Assembly (NCBI GenBank): GCA_030390025.1
Contig: CM059437.1
Span: 4,154,001 to 4,218,000, forward strand
Source: Squalus acanthias
Lineage: Eukaryota
Reading direction: 5' to 3'
DNA: 64,000 nucleotides
Each line of letters begins with the position of its first letter. The stretch's first letter is position 1. Made by a program: the position numbers and the translations under genes. The notes beneath the pieces are model-generated. The model saw only the letters and a list, made by a program, of their open reading frames with translations, had not been told where the DNA came from and ran no database searches. Of this stretch, positions 14,701-28,415 are shown piece by piece.

Positions 14701-16418
14701 GCTAAAGCAAAATGGCAAAAAGAATATTTTTTATTAAATGCTCTCTTACAAAACGTCAAGCTTTACATGGATTGTCTTTTTATTCATGCCAGATTATATC
14801 GCAGCCCAATTCTCCGTGTGTTTCCCGCATTCACCTCCTCCTTTCCGTAGAAAGAAGGGTAACTACATAAAATAAAAAAATAGCTTTTGCTAAAAGCAAA
14901 TAGTTCTGGACTTTTTCCTCTTTCTGTGCGTCTGCGATTCGCGCAATTTGAAACATATGATGTAAAATTATGAATTTAGTTTATCATAAATAGATAAAAC
15001 CTTTCGTTTAACGAAATTTGCCTGGCTTAATTTTAAAAGCCGATTTTCACAGTTCGACTTATTATTTTCTCAAAAATAAATTTTAATCCCTATTACCCTG
15101 ACATTTACTTTTGAAGGAACAACAGTGCGTCTTTAATACAATAGCAGACCGGTTTCTTTTGATCAAGTCAGAAGGATTCACTCGTCCTATATACCCAAAA
15201 CTGAAAGGGGCAAGAGCGAAGGTAAGCCGACCGGAATCTCGAGCCCCTGGTTAATTGACTGAATTTACCTCCACTGTCTACAAGGCGCAATGCGCCTGAA
15301 ACACCATCAGAGAACATTCAAATTATAATAATCGTCAGATTTTTTTTAAATAACAGAACTAGTTAATTATTATGCAAAAGATTACAATCGCTTGTATTAC
15401 CCATGTCATATATTGTTAATGTGTGTTAGAAGAATATTTACCCCTGCTTTTCGACAAAAAATATATCATTGGCAGATATGTTAGATATGTAAAGTGCATT
15501 TACGTACAATGCATATATTAAATGCATCATGTAAGAGTAATTTTCCAACTATTTACCCGCTGAAATACATTGCCTTGACACACGACGCCTAACCCAGCTA
15601 CACTGTCTTCACAAAGTGTTATATCTTTATTTAGACATAGATAGGTTTACAACTCCCACGCCAAGGTTCGGGATGCTTCCAGTCCCTTTGTTGCGTGTAA
15701 TTGTCGAGTTCTGCTGAATCAGGAGAGCGAGCTTTAAAGAGTCGAGTGTTATACACTGGGGCGCAAAACTGGGAATTAGTCAGAACGAAAATATTCCATT
15801 AATTGGGTTAGTCTGGCAGAGGAATTGGTCTTGACTCATAAAATCAGTCTCGGCGTTTTATATTTTCGTTGAGGGATATGTTATGATTGTACTGTGTGTG
15901 TGTGTGTGTGTGTGTTGCAAAATATAAGCTTTGATAGCGAGGCACAATAACGAAAAAAAACCTAATTTTATTTCACAGAACAGTTTACATCCTTCATACT
16001 AAAGCGCGAAAACTCAACTGAACAGACATAAATGGTCCATTTTTAAATATCAAAAAATGTACATAGAAGTTACACTCAACACTTCCACCAGAACACCATT
16101 TTATATATTTAACTATAACAGGAGTTTATACGGGACACACATTAATAATCTGTACACGGGTTGTGACTACACACAGCTCCTTTTCGAAACTATTTCTTAC
16201 TGACAAGAAATGACATCGATACAGTAACAAATATAAAGTCACTGACATGTTATCCTTTAAATACACAAGGTAAAGCAAGGCTAATTACAGCAACGGCAAA
16301 TTCACCACATCAAATAGGCTAACGCACAGACTATATATAACTGTACTTGTACAATATAGATTTGGGTTATTCCCTCTAATCTGTACAAAACAAACTACAA
16401 GTAAAACAGTCACAGATT

Positions 16419-16426
16419 TAGGTAGT
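16419..16426 (-). promoter_or_regulatory. miR-196 8mer seed site in HoxB7 3'UTR
   Basis: mRNA-sense ACUACCUA about 105 nt after the stop codon, complementary to miR-196 nt 1-8. Confidence 0.7.
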
Positions 16427-16531
16427 ATTCTGTTTCAGTGTTAAGAAATGAGGAACAAATCGCTCCATTTGTTAAAAAAGTCATTTAAGTTTATGCCTCT
16501 TTTTTAAGTTTTTAGAAGTTTATTTTTTCAT

Positions 16532-16861
<330 letters not shown>

Positions 16862-18208
16862 TCAGCATTACCCTTTCCTACACTTCACTATTGCCACTAA
16901 TTTTAACATTTTATCCCGAATATCCCCTTGGCAGATATAATAAATTGATGTCGGAAAGTAACTGATTACAATCAATATAAAGTTTGTATTAATGCTTTAT
17001 AAAGAAGGACGGAGGATGTCTCTATGTGAAAGTATTTAAACTGTTTACACAGCATTTACAGGCCTGAAACCAGCCATGTAATGAGACTCAAAAACATATT
17101 AATTTTCTATTTAGCTATTATTTTTAAAGAAGGATATTTGCGTTAGTTTAACAACTGTAATCTATTGATGGATGATCTTTGTCCTACATCCTCTCTGGAT
17201 TTTGGTGAATTAACGTTATGTAACCTGAAACTGACAGGTAGCTAGAAAATGGATACTGCGATGTGTTTCAAAGCATAACACTGTGGTGCACTTTGTCTAC
17301 CCGGCTATGCTGGAAAGCACCAATCTCCAAATTCAGTAAAGGGTCGTCAGCTTTGCAATTCTTCAACATACGGGAGAAAATACAACAAATGTGGAATAGG
17401 CAGAGAAACAGCCCTCTCGCCTGGCTGGCTGGAAAGAGCTGCTAAAATGGGGTAATGGTGCTAAGGGCTCCCCCCCCCCCCCCCCCCCCCCACCTCCTCT
17501 CCCTACCTTACATGCTACACAAGTACAAACTGCCGCATTGGTTTGACTGGGCCAAAGCAACGATAGACTGCGCATTGAAGTAATTCCCACTGAACTGAAA
17601 TATCTTTTTAAATATTTAATGCTAGTTTTGCGCACTTTTTGTAGCCTCCATTTGTCATCTTCTTGCCATCCCTGATGTATGCCGCTACATTCACCAACCG
17701 CCCCCCCCTCCCGCCCCCTCCCTTTCCAGCCGCATCCACAACACCCAATAGCGCGTTGCAACTCAGAAACACAGAGAGAAACTTTGAACCGAAGCGGAAT
17801 TGCAACAGGATTTAATGGAAATAAACAGAAAAAGGTAAAAAAAAAAGAGGCCAGTTAAGTCTCAAGGGATTTTCCGGGCTCATTGCTTTTTTTTGGAATT
17901 AAGAGCACAGATTGGTGAAAATTTACGAGGACAAGAATAAATGTTCCTTTGAAGTGTGCAAATATATTTACCCTTTAATGCACAACTTTGCAGCCCTCTA
18001 TTTCCTATTTTATTTTAAGGTGGCTTTGAAATTTTTTCACAAGGAGCTATTATACATCCAATTCAGCGACTTGATTGCTTATGGGGGGAGCACATTGCAT
18101 TTTATACCCCTGTTTCGGTGAACGTCATAAATGAACACGGCACCATAATGCAATAAAGTAATTCACGGTCCCTCTAAGAGGTTTCATCTTCTGTGACTTT
18201 TCACATAC

Positions 18209-18608
18209 CTGAGCTCTTCATCCAAGGGTAGATCCGGAAGTTCTCGGACTGGGGGTCTGTCTCTCTTTGCTCCGACTTGCTGCAACTCTGCTTGCAGGAG
18301 TCCCCCGCGCCGCACATCATTGATGAGATGTTGTGATCGAAGGAAGAACAGTGCATGTTAAAGGAGTTGGCGTTGAGGCCGTAAGGAGACGTGTACATGG
18401 TCGGGCTCTGGTGGTGGAGGCTGTTAGCTGTGCTGTACAAAGCCGGCACAGTGGCTGCGTACGAAGCCGATCCTGAGCCATAGCCCGGCCGCTGGGAGTT
18501 GGAGGCAAAAGCGCAAGAAGTTGGTTCGGAAAATACCCCGGTTGGAAAAACAGAAGTTCCGGCTGTATATTTCGAAAATAAAGCATTCGCATAATACAAT
18601 GAACTCAT
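18209..18608 (-). CDS. hoxb7: HoxB7 exon 1
   Basis: [14 protein letters not shown]...[10 protein letters not shown]. Donor TCAG|gtatgt, phase 1 (211 aa in total). Confidence 0.96.
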
Positions 18609-18728
18609 AATTTGGCCGGTGATTTGTAGGCCGGGACGTTTCAGTGTCGGTTTTACGAGGTACGGTGATATATTACGGAATTAAGAGTCCAGATTTACAC
18701 TAGAAGAACCCCCTTTTTCCTCCCGATG

Positions 18729-18762
18729 CACGTGATATCGGCACGTGACACGGCCGACCAAT
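18729..18762 (-). promoter_or_regulatory. HoxB7 proximal promoter (two E-boxes and CCAAT)
   Basis: CACGTG at 18729-18734 and 18742-18747, and CCAAT at 18758-18762, 120-155 bp upstream of the ATG. Confidence 0.6.
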
Positions 18763-19060
18763 GAGAGCCAGGCTACCCGCTGCTTCCTTGGATGATAGAA
18801 ACATTTCTCTGATCAAAAGCAAAATTCCTGCATCCAAGTAATAATGTGACTTAACTTTAAATACAAGGTGAATAGGACGCGACTTGAGGTTCTAGGCTGG
18901 GTGGATCGAAGCTTTAGATGGGCATTTAAAAAAATAATTCGATTGGCTTTCTGTAGCTTACATTGGGAAACGCATTTGTCAAAACAGCTTTTTTGGGACT
19001 CGGTTGCGTTCTAACAAGTTCTTAGAATCGATTTCTACCTTAATTCTTAATTATTAATTC

Positions 19061-19163
19061 TCCCACATTACAACAGTGACTACACTCCAAAGGTACTTCA
19101 TTGGCTGTAAAGCGCTTTGAGACGTCCGGTGGTCGTGAAAGGCGCTATAGAAATGCAAGTCTT
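19061..19163 (+). mobile_element. 5'-truncated Deu-SINE (SacSINE1/AmnSINE1-like) 3' tail
   Basis: cattacaacagtgactacact...gtacttcattggctgtaaagcgctttgagacgtcc...gtcgtgaaaggcgctatagaaatgcaagt resembles that family's L2-type 3' end from memory. It shares the tail gcgcc/tttggg/agacg...gctata.aa.t.caagt with the L2 copy ending at 62078. Confidence 0.7.
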
Positions 19164-19939
19164 TATTTAATATCGGTCACTGGCCAGAGGAGAGATTTCA
19201 GAATCTATTATTTTGCAAAAACTACAACATTAGTTTTCACACAAACAAACAAAACCAGATATCTACCCTTTATATTCGCCACAGGTATTTCAGAGCGAAG
19301 TTCAGCTTGTTCTCTCTTTTACAGGGGTGGGTGGGTGGGGAGGGGGGGGGGGGGCGGGGGGGGTGGAGGGAGGAAGGAATTATGAGTGCAAATGAGTCAA
19401 GTGAACTGCAAACATAAACAGGCCGCTAATAAAAAGGTCACAAAGACAAATTGAGTCAGGTGCGAAAGCTATGTGTTATTGATATTTTAATGCTCACTTT
19501 TCAACAACATTATCTATCTAAGTCTCTGTGCATTTGTCTACCTCGTACTCGACACAATATGCACAGTTTCTTTTTTTTGCCAAACCTTTTCATTCAAAGA
19601 AATTCTATTTAAAAAAAGCCGAGCAATTTCACAGTTCTGTTTTCGCTTGTAAAGTTTATTGTTACCCTTTTCCGCCGCTTGCATGTTCAAACAATAGGCC
19701 AATCTCGTGTATAACAATAATGCATCACCGGTTTCCCCCCCCCCCCCTCACCTCCCCCAATAAAAGCAATTCACGCATACAGTAGACTTTTCCTCACAGT
19801 TAAAAGTTAAAGATCACTTTCTTCTTGTTTTGTAAAAAAAAACAGCCTTTACTTATGCACATGCCAACCGGAGAAAACAATCTTATAAATACAGCATAGA
19901 CGTAAACAATAACACGTTCTAAAACAGCTAAAGCTTAAA

Positions 19940-19961
19940 TAGGCAGCTTCATGTTGTCAGG
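19940..19961 (-). promoter_or_regulatory. Extended miR-196 complementary site in HoxB8 3'UTR
   Basis: Plus strand TAGGCAGCTTCATGTTGTCAGG versus miR-196 TAGGTAGTTTCATGTTGTTGGG gives 18 Watson-Crick and 4 G:U pairs. Confidence 0.9.
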
Positions 19962-20335
19962 ATCTTTCTGTAAGCTAATGGTCATTAGCTGAAGTAGTGC
20001 ACACGGCTTCAATGTTCTACAGCAGGATTTCAACACACACACACTAATACATTGTTCTATGAACTTCACATCAAATACTTTTACAGGAACCCACTTAAAA
20101 TAGCTAGAATGTTACACAACACGTATATATCTGGTAAAAAGTTGAAATGTTCCTTTTAATCTACACCTCCATACATTTCCGTACAATATTTTGTATCAAA
20201 CAATAATCAGTAAAATTTGTTCTGCCTCTCACACCCGCACTATTTAAAAACCGTCTACATTGTTCTATTCATTCCCCGTCGTGTTAGCGTTTTATTCTGT
20301 TTAAATTATTATTTTTATTATTATTAATATTATTA

Positions 20336-20619
20336 TTAATCTTTTTCCTCGTCTTCTTCCTCTTTCCCGTCCTTCTCCTTTGGAGTCTCTTCTATTTCGG
20401 ACTTACTGCTGGGAAACTTATCTTTGTTATTTTCCTTCTTCCATTTCATCCTTCGGTTCTGGAACCAAATTTTGACCTGCCTCTCGGTCAGTCCCAGTGC
20501 GTGTGACACTTCGATCCGCCGTTTGCGAGTCAGATATGGATTGAACAAAAATTCTTTTTCAAGTTCTAGTGTTTGATAGCGACTGTACGTTTGCCTTCCC
20601 CTGCGTCGTCCTGCAGCTA
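20336..20619 (-). CDS. hoxb8: HoxB8 exon 2 (homeobox)
   Basis: Acceptor tttactag|TA. Encodes (V)[72 protein letters not shown]...*. Confidence 0.95.
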
Positions 20620-21022
20620 CTAGTAAACAGAGGGGGAGAGAGAGAGAGAGAGAGAGAGGAGGAACAAGAGAGTAAGCTCAGTGAGGCTTTGTAGCTGTTA
20701 TACCAGGGGTTCTAAAACAGGATCCAAACACTATTAAACAGTATTCAACACCGTAGGAAAAAAATACGCCATAAAACTGCAATAAAACTACAAACAGCAC
20801 GCAATATACCACACTTAAAAAACCGCCTTCAGGATCATTAAAGTATAAAGTAATTTACAAGTGTTGAAGTTTAGAATCGTAAAACACTAAAGTTTCAGCA
20901 TCTCCTTTATTGGCTCAGGAAATGAACCTTTCTGTGTTTTTTAAATTTGTGTGTGTGTGTTTTTTTTTTATCCCTTTCCTTTCTGTCTCTTTATTTCTTG
21001 CTGGCTCCTGTCAAAGCCTCAC

Positions 21023-21449
21023 CTTGCGGTCTCATCCACGGGAAAAGCTGTGTCGGAGAGGAACTCTGTTCTGAATTCTCTGCTTCTTCTCCTAGGCTGT
21101 TCGCCGTCGACTTGCAGTCGGGATATTGGACCAGCTCGGCCTCCTGTTGGGCGGCGAAAATTGGCTGCCTTTGCAGGGCATCGTAGCTGTAGAAGCTGCC
21201 CGCATCCCCGTGACACGTCACCGCACATGGATTCTGTTGATACGCGGAGGTGGAGAGGGTGGCCGCGCTGTGGTGGTAAAAATCCTGGATCTGGCTGGGA
21301 TGTTGGAAGCTGCTCCCGGTTCCGGGTCCATAAACCACGGTGGGTCTGCCGCCCAGCTCCTGGGTGAACCCACAGTCATAATAATTGGGGCGCAGAGTCT
21401 CCCCACTTTTATACTTGGAAAAGAGCGAATTCACAAAGTAGGAGCTCAT
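21023..21449 (-). CDS. hoxb8: HoxB8 exon 1
   Basis: [28 protein letters not shown]...[12 protein letters not shown]. Donor CAAG|gtgagg, phase 1 (236 aa in total). Confidence 0.96.
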
Positions 21450-21599
21450 TGGAAAGGACTAGGAGCTTTCTGCTCAACCGAGGGAACTTAGTCTTTGGTA
21501 TTCACACAAACAAACAAGACAAGAATTTTTTTTTAAAAAGATTAAGCCTTCATCTTATTGATCTCAACATATAGTGTCCTGGTATCACATCTTCGTGAG

Positions 21600-21720
21600 G
21601 AGGTTCACTCATAAACAGTTTTCTGTGATTTACTTCAGCACAAATGAGTTGTTTCATATTTTGCCGTCTCTTTTCATGATAATTTGCATTTATTACCTCA
21701 ACCACATCCTATTGGCTTCG
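21600..21720 (-). promoter_or_regulatory. HoxB8 proximal promoter
   Basis: Perfect octamer ATTTGCAT (21682-21689), CCAAT on the minus strand (21711-21715) and TTTAT cores. Confidence 0.5.
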
Positions 21721-24700
21721 CTTACTCCGTACGGACACTGCACCGCGTGAAAAGGGAATGGTGAGAGAGAGAGAGGGAATGAGAGAAAGATAGAGAGGGG
21801 GGAATATGCGGATTAATATATTCAACCATGTTCATTACCGGGATATCAGCCGCTTTACAACAGATGAAATACATACGCCACCCAAAGATTGATAAGGGGA
21901 AGTATCCAGGCTGTTGTGAAGTAAAGGGTAGACAGCCAGACGTTAATTTCCAAACCATTTAATGAGAATATGCGACTCTTTTAAAGGTCAGAGTTACATC
22001 AACAAGACGAGGAAGTACAGTAGCAAACCTGAAATCTAATTACCATCAACTTTGGGTCTAATTGCTATTTTTCCTCTCAAGTTATTGCAACGCAGCGACA
22101 TGTCCAGTAGCACTCAAAGGCGAATTATTTGGGATAATTTATAAAAAAAATTGTTTTATCTTAAGGAATAGGGGAATCTAGTGGTATTTAACAATTTAAT
22201 GATCCGTTTTCCTATTATTAATAAAGCCTTTTATCTGGTGCTTGGACGGACCCTGGAACAGTAACAGTCATCTGAGAACTATAGGAAAGAGATTAAGGAA
22301 CTATAAAGCGCAATAAAAGCACAGCCTGTTATTGTTTATAACATGCAGTGAACGGCAGTTAGTGTTTTTACGAGACGCTCTGTGCGGAGCAGTAAAACAC
22401 AGGTTTGTTGAAGTGGACGCTCTATACATGCTTACTATTTTTAAACACGAAACAATTTGTTTTTTCTACAAAGCTGCAACACATAATATAAAAAAAAATT
22501 ACGGACTATTTGTTATTGGGTGACAAGTTACACCGCAAATTTGAGCTCGTTAAGAGAGTTTTCGTTTCCAACCCAGACGTAAAGGTTTCTGACAGAAAGC
22601 AAGTGCAGTGATTCCAAATCAACGGTTTATGCAGGAAAGCGCAAAGCTCACTAAAGGCGTGCGTGAACTTGCTTCGAATCCATTTCCTCTTTATCATAAA
22701 ATACTATGTAGATTTGATATATATGTGTGTGCATATGTATACTTGAAATTATTTACAACGAGTTGACATTACATTCTAAAATCGGGGGTAAACTTGAGGG
22801 AAGGTGTTGTAATTCTGGCTCATATTTTCAAACTGATCATTTAGTATTAACCCACTAACGGAACGCCATAATCATGAATTATAGTGACCTTGTATTATTT
22901 TTAAGTGTTATGGTTTATTTTTGACAATTGAAAGCAAGCTAGTTCCCTATCGCCAGCTAACATGGAGCCCAGCATTGTAATGCCGAACCCTTTTCCTATA
23001 CAACGGATCTGATACTCTGATTTTGTGAGGAAGTCAACAATAAGTTACAATCGATCTGTCTCACCTTGGCAGATCTCCCGAAGCATACTAAATCTAATCA
23101 TACATTTCAATTATTTACAAATGGCTTATTTTGCGTTAGCACACGGAATGTCCATGTATAAACATAAGTCTGGTCCAAATCAACTGAGTTTATAGCCTGA
23201 TAACAGTTTAAAAGTTAGTTAAAACAGAACTTGTTTGAATGCAAGGTGTAAATGAAACTTTCGGGTAGCTGTGCCAATGGATGACTACCCAGCTACTATC
23301 ACAACCAGCACACGCAATATTGAAACTTTACATATTCATATACTTAGTATGCATCTTTCTATCATCCAGTCTCTCTGCCTACCAATCTGTTTATTTATCT
23401 ATGCATCACTCTCCGTCTATCTATCTATAATATATAAACAAATGTTTTGCAATTTAATTTCTCAATAAGTGAGTGTTGCAGAAAAACTGATGATTCTTGG
23501 GTTGCAGATTTCCATTCTATTCTGTAATATTAAGGGATAAGTCAGATGGCGAGAAATGGAACGCACCAGTGTTGTAAAAGTACCACCGTCTGTCCAAAGT
23601 TACTGAATGCAGTAAGATAATGAAAATAAGAAAATGTTGTTAACTTATTGCAAGTGAAATGTGATCAACTGGTCAAACAACCCCGAATAAGGATATTGTG
23701 ATGAAAAGATGTTGGCATGCATTTCAAAAAGCGTAGAGTGTGTGAAGCACTTTAGCAACTTTCAAAAATGATTCGATTCTGCGAACGTTCTTGTGTTTGA
23801 ATGATCTGCTTTTTGTATAAGTATTATGAGCCTTCTGAACAAATAAATGTGTCAGGAATGGGATTGAATTAAGCCTAGTGGTGTAATCATTAATTGAAAG
23901 GTTCCTCTTCGAAAGTTTTTCCTCTCCGACTACTCGTACATGGGACTTCTCTGACTCAGATTAGAATAATTCAATATTACTTTCTTTTTATCCTTAAGAT
24001 TACAGGACAACTTTCCGATTGTTAGATTAACTTTTACTTTCGTTTTTAGTAATGGTCCATACAATCGTTTATAGCTCATTAAATTCTGCTTAAATTTGGC
24101 TCGAATTTACCGGAAATAATGTTAAATATAACGGAACAAATGCTAGGATTTAAAGTGATATAAAGATGTTTTAAGAATGCAATATAACTGCACCATAGAC
24201 CAACCAGATACTTATTAACACCGCGAAGTTCGCACACAAAAAAATACCTCGTCAAAACGTGATCATCTCGCTACTTGTTATTCTAACTGGTTAATTATCT
24301 AAAGAATTTTTGAGGCTTTTAGAAAAAAGATTTCTGACGGTAAAAAAGATAAAATCTACAACTTGCCGAGTGTCCGGCCCGTGAGGACCCACGTGATTGT
24401 TTTATTAGGTATTGCGGCCGTGACGTGCTTTAGATGGCTCTGGCCTGTTTATTTAATATTGTTCTTTATGCTTCCTTGTTCTTTTAATGTGTTTAATCTC
24501 TTTATCAGCAACGTCCATCATTTTATAGATGTAATTCCGTTTTGTTAGAAAGTATTAATATATATTTCCTAAGTTTAGCTATAAAAGCATTTAAATATTG
24601 TGAATTTCATTTGAAAATCTTCATCTATAAATCTCTCTTTCTCGCTCTATACACACACACACACACATATATATACACGTGTGTGCGTACTTTGATGTCC

Positions 24701-26710
24701 CATGCACCTATCGTGCACACAGACACAATTACACTTGCAAATACTGATGAGATTTAATTCCAAATCTATTCAGAAAATAAACTTACTTCTACTTAGTCTG
24801 TTTACCGATGGGTTTACATGTATTTCTGAAGGCATTATATGCATGCAACTGAAGTAGATTCCCCGCACTTAGGCACAACTTTAGTCTTTTGATAAATATG
24901 CAGCATCACGGCGAGACAGAATGTTATAGGTGTTGGTGCTGGCTCTTTAATTTCATTTTCCATCCATGTGTAACTCTGTTGCCGGCTATAGAAGATGGAG
25001 TAACACAAGTATTATGCATGTGTTTGTGTATGTATACTTATGCCTCCTTAATCAGTTGAGACATTGTTGATACTTTTACCAGATGCATAGCAGAGCACTG
25101 GAATTTAATCAGAAATTAATAGAAAACTGGTATCTTGCACAAAAGTGAAAGCATTACCAAACTTTGCAAATTGAAATTTAAAACCGCATGCGTGTTATGT
25201 TCCTAACTAATATACTATATATAAACGCACGAAGGTGGAAACAGAGAGAAGTACCCCCCACCCCGCACACACACACACACACACACACATACATGGACAC
25301 ACACAAGCATTCGCATACACACGTAGTAAAAGTACAGTGGGATTCCAATTGCAAAATGGTAATCCTGTTTATATAGACCTAATTCTATGTCTGTAGTTCG
25401 TGGGAGAATCATGTGACGACTTTAAAGAGTCAAAAATAAAGTATCACCAAAAAAATGCTTGCATTCGGCGTCCTTGTGTTATATTCTGCTTTTACTGCAA
25501 TTATAGACAACGTGTTATCTATAAAAAAAAAGATTTGATAGTGCAGGAAAATGAGACAGAGAAAGTCAGAAACGAAAAAAGAAACCGAGACAGAAACAGG
25601 GACAGAGGCAGAGAAAGAACAATCCTAATTGAAGTATAGTCTTGCCTTTATCTTGGACGGAATTCCAGTTTTGCTTTTAGATAATGTTGCAGTCAGTTCT
25701 GTTCTGTGCAAATCCTATTGCACGGGGACTGTTAAACACATCCCTTTATGTTATATATAAAACAGGACCGCAGTTTGATTTAAATACAGAGGCAGACAGT
25801 TAGAGGGGTGGTTACCTAAACTGTGCATCTTCTAAAATCATGCAACAGAGAAATACGAAATCAATAAAGTCTGAGAAAGAATAAATCAGCAAGGTCTGGA
25901 AACAAGTCTAGAGGAAATGTCCATGCGGATGGCCATTACACTGAAAATGTGTGGTATATGGTTTGTTGAAAGGAAGACAGTCACACAAACAATAATCAAT
26001 ATATTTACAACAGTCTAGGACAGATTGAATCTAAAAGTGTGTGCACTGGGACGTGAGAAATGTAACGGGGTTGAAAGTTCATTTGGAAGCTAAGCATCCA
26101 GAAATGAAAATGTACACTTAGAACATCTTTCGACGTAACTTATGTCTTTAAAGAAGTATAACAAATTATTTTCCCAATATATGCATCGTTTTAGCATAGC
26201 CAGTTGCAAGTCAAACACACGGGTTGTTAGATATTTAGCTCGAATCCTTAACATTTTATATATTTCCCCAAGTGTAGCAAACCTCGTGATTTCGCTATAA
26301 TGGAACCGTCTCCTTTTATTTATTGACTTCAGCCTCATACTGTGCACTATCTTGTCGTACATGGACGAACTTATTTTTTTCTGTGCTCTTCTCAGGTTTA
26401 TGAAGCAGTTTGAAATTAAATAAACCTGCATAAAACGTGGCGCAGATGAACACATTGTAATGAAGATACATTTCAAATGAGCTTTAGTGACATTTTGCCA
26501 ATACTGCGCAAAATAGCTGATGGGGGAAAAGTTTTAGTAAGCGTATTTAAATATTTAATTTTTAAATATTGCGCAACAGGATCGAGCAAAAAGGGCAGGG
26601 AGAATCGAAGCAGGGGGCTGTATGCTTTTTATGTGTGTGTTAAATCTACTGAATCTCGGGTTCTTGGACTGACGTCCGGTGAAGTCCATAACTGAGTTTG
26701 GTGGAACAAT

Positions 26711-26725
26711 GCTGCCACCTACTGG
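26711..26725 (-). promoter_or_regulatory. CTCF motif between HoxB8 and HoxB9
   Basis: Minus strand CCAGTAGGTGGCAGC is a near-consensus CTCF core. Confidence 0.75.
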
Positions 26726-28188
26726 AGTCAAGGAGAAGTATTCTGGACTTTTAAAAAAACACGGGGTGAAAAAGCATTAGCAAATATGCGCAATAGAGCT
26801 ATAAAATCTTGACTATAAAGAATTCATTAGACCCAAACCGCGGCGAAGCAAGAATGTTTAAGCTCTTCAATTCCATCGTCACATACAATCGTAGACAGTA
26901 CCAATAAACCACATCCTTAGTGCAGTGCTCTAGCGGATTGCTAACAACCTAAATTCCTAATGGGCAGTAAAGAAGAGGAAGAAGAAAAAGAAAAAAAGGG
27001 AGGGAAAGAAAGCTTTCAGAACTCTATTGTCTCCACCTTCGAGACTAAACAATTGGGCATTCTGCTTTAGAATAAAGTCCCATGCATGGGCGCGGGGTTG
27101 TAAACACATCCAAAGACCCTGCTCCAGACGTCTCGCCAGATTCTGTATAGCTTTTTATTGCAGTAATTTCTGGCAGCCTGAAATGGTTAGGAAGTAAAAC
27201 AAAAGAGGGCGTCGCTTGCTTTAGAGTCTAAAAAGCATGTTGGTTACACCACAATATTCACCGCGAATTTCCCTATAAAAAAATCCAGTTCCTATATATT
27301 ACCCCTCAGAAATAAAACACAAAGCCATATTTTTATTGCTTGCCACCTCCAATTGTGAGTTTAATTTAATAGGTTCTGAAAGTTTTCCCTTTGCTGTGTT
27401 TGTTTTACAGACGTTCAATTCTTAACCTTCAGAAATTTATACCCTATAAACTTTTACAACGGTCATATTATTTTATTGCAGCACACCACACTGAATTTCC
27501 TATAATGACAGACACCTTCCTAACTCCTCCTCCTTCTCCACCATGCAAGGCTCATTTCTGCTTTCTCTTTGTATGCGTTTGTGCCTCTTGTGTTTGTAAA
27601 AAATATTGAAATGAAAATAATTGATATTATATTAGTCCTAATGTACGACATGCTGATACTGTAATTATTTTCATCTAGTCTAGTAAAAGCAGTTTCAAAC
27701 GGCCGCGTAACCCCATTCATTGATAAGAAGGTGTTAAAGCATCAAAACATAGATTTATTTTTTAATATGGCAGCCCTTCCACTGAACCAACTTAAAGAGG
27801 CTTTTAAGGTGGCGAGCATCCCTTCCTCCCATCTAATTATCCCTTGTTGCATTGCCAGAAATGTCATCTACCCTGAACAACCGATGAAATTGATCAACTT
27901 TTCTTTCCAGTATGGTGAAATGTGCATCTTATTATCAGAGATTTATATATATATATATAACTTTTAAAGGTATTTTTGTTTAGCATGCAATTGTCTTCAA
28001 GTTAAATACATTTCATTAAAATGTCCCTATTAGTTGTTTGGGTGCAAATTCCTCATGGCAAATTTTATAATTGATTCAGTAATATTTCCCTTCGTTTTTA
28101 AATTGTGGTTGTCAAAGCAATATATGTTTACATGTATGGATGTAACGTATAGCAGATAGGTTTCTGTATTAATTTATTCTAGTCATCT

Positions 28189-28415
28189 NNNNNNNNNNNN
28201 NNNNNNNNNNNNNNNNNNNNNNNNNNNNNNNNNNNNNNNNNNNNNNNNNNNNNNNNNNNNNNNNNNNNNNNNNNNNNNNNNNNNNNNNNNNNNNNNNNNN
28301 NNNNNNNNNNNNNNNNNNNNNNNNNNNNNNNNNNNNNNNNNNNNNNNNNNNNNNNNNNNNNNNNNNNNNNNNNNNNNNNNNNNNNNNNNNNNNNNNNNNN
28401 NNNNNNNNNNNNNNN
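28189..28415. other. Assembly gap (N run)
   Basis: Ns. Confidence 1.

Noticed and set aside
17468-17491. Poly-C/G runs (also about 1377, 13265, 19323 and 45295)
   Set aside because: Common homopolymer tracts with no further structure to support a function.
19940-19961. Plus-strand miR-196-like sequence as a second miRNA gene
   Set aside because: No flanking hairpin arm. It is the antisense view of the HoxB8 3'UTR target site.
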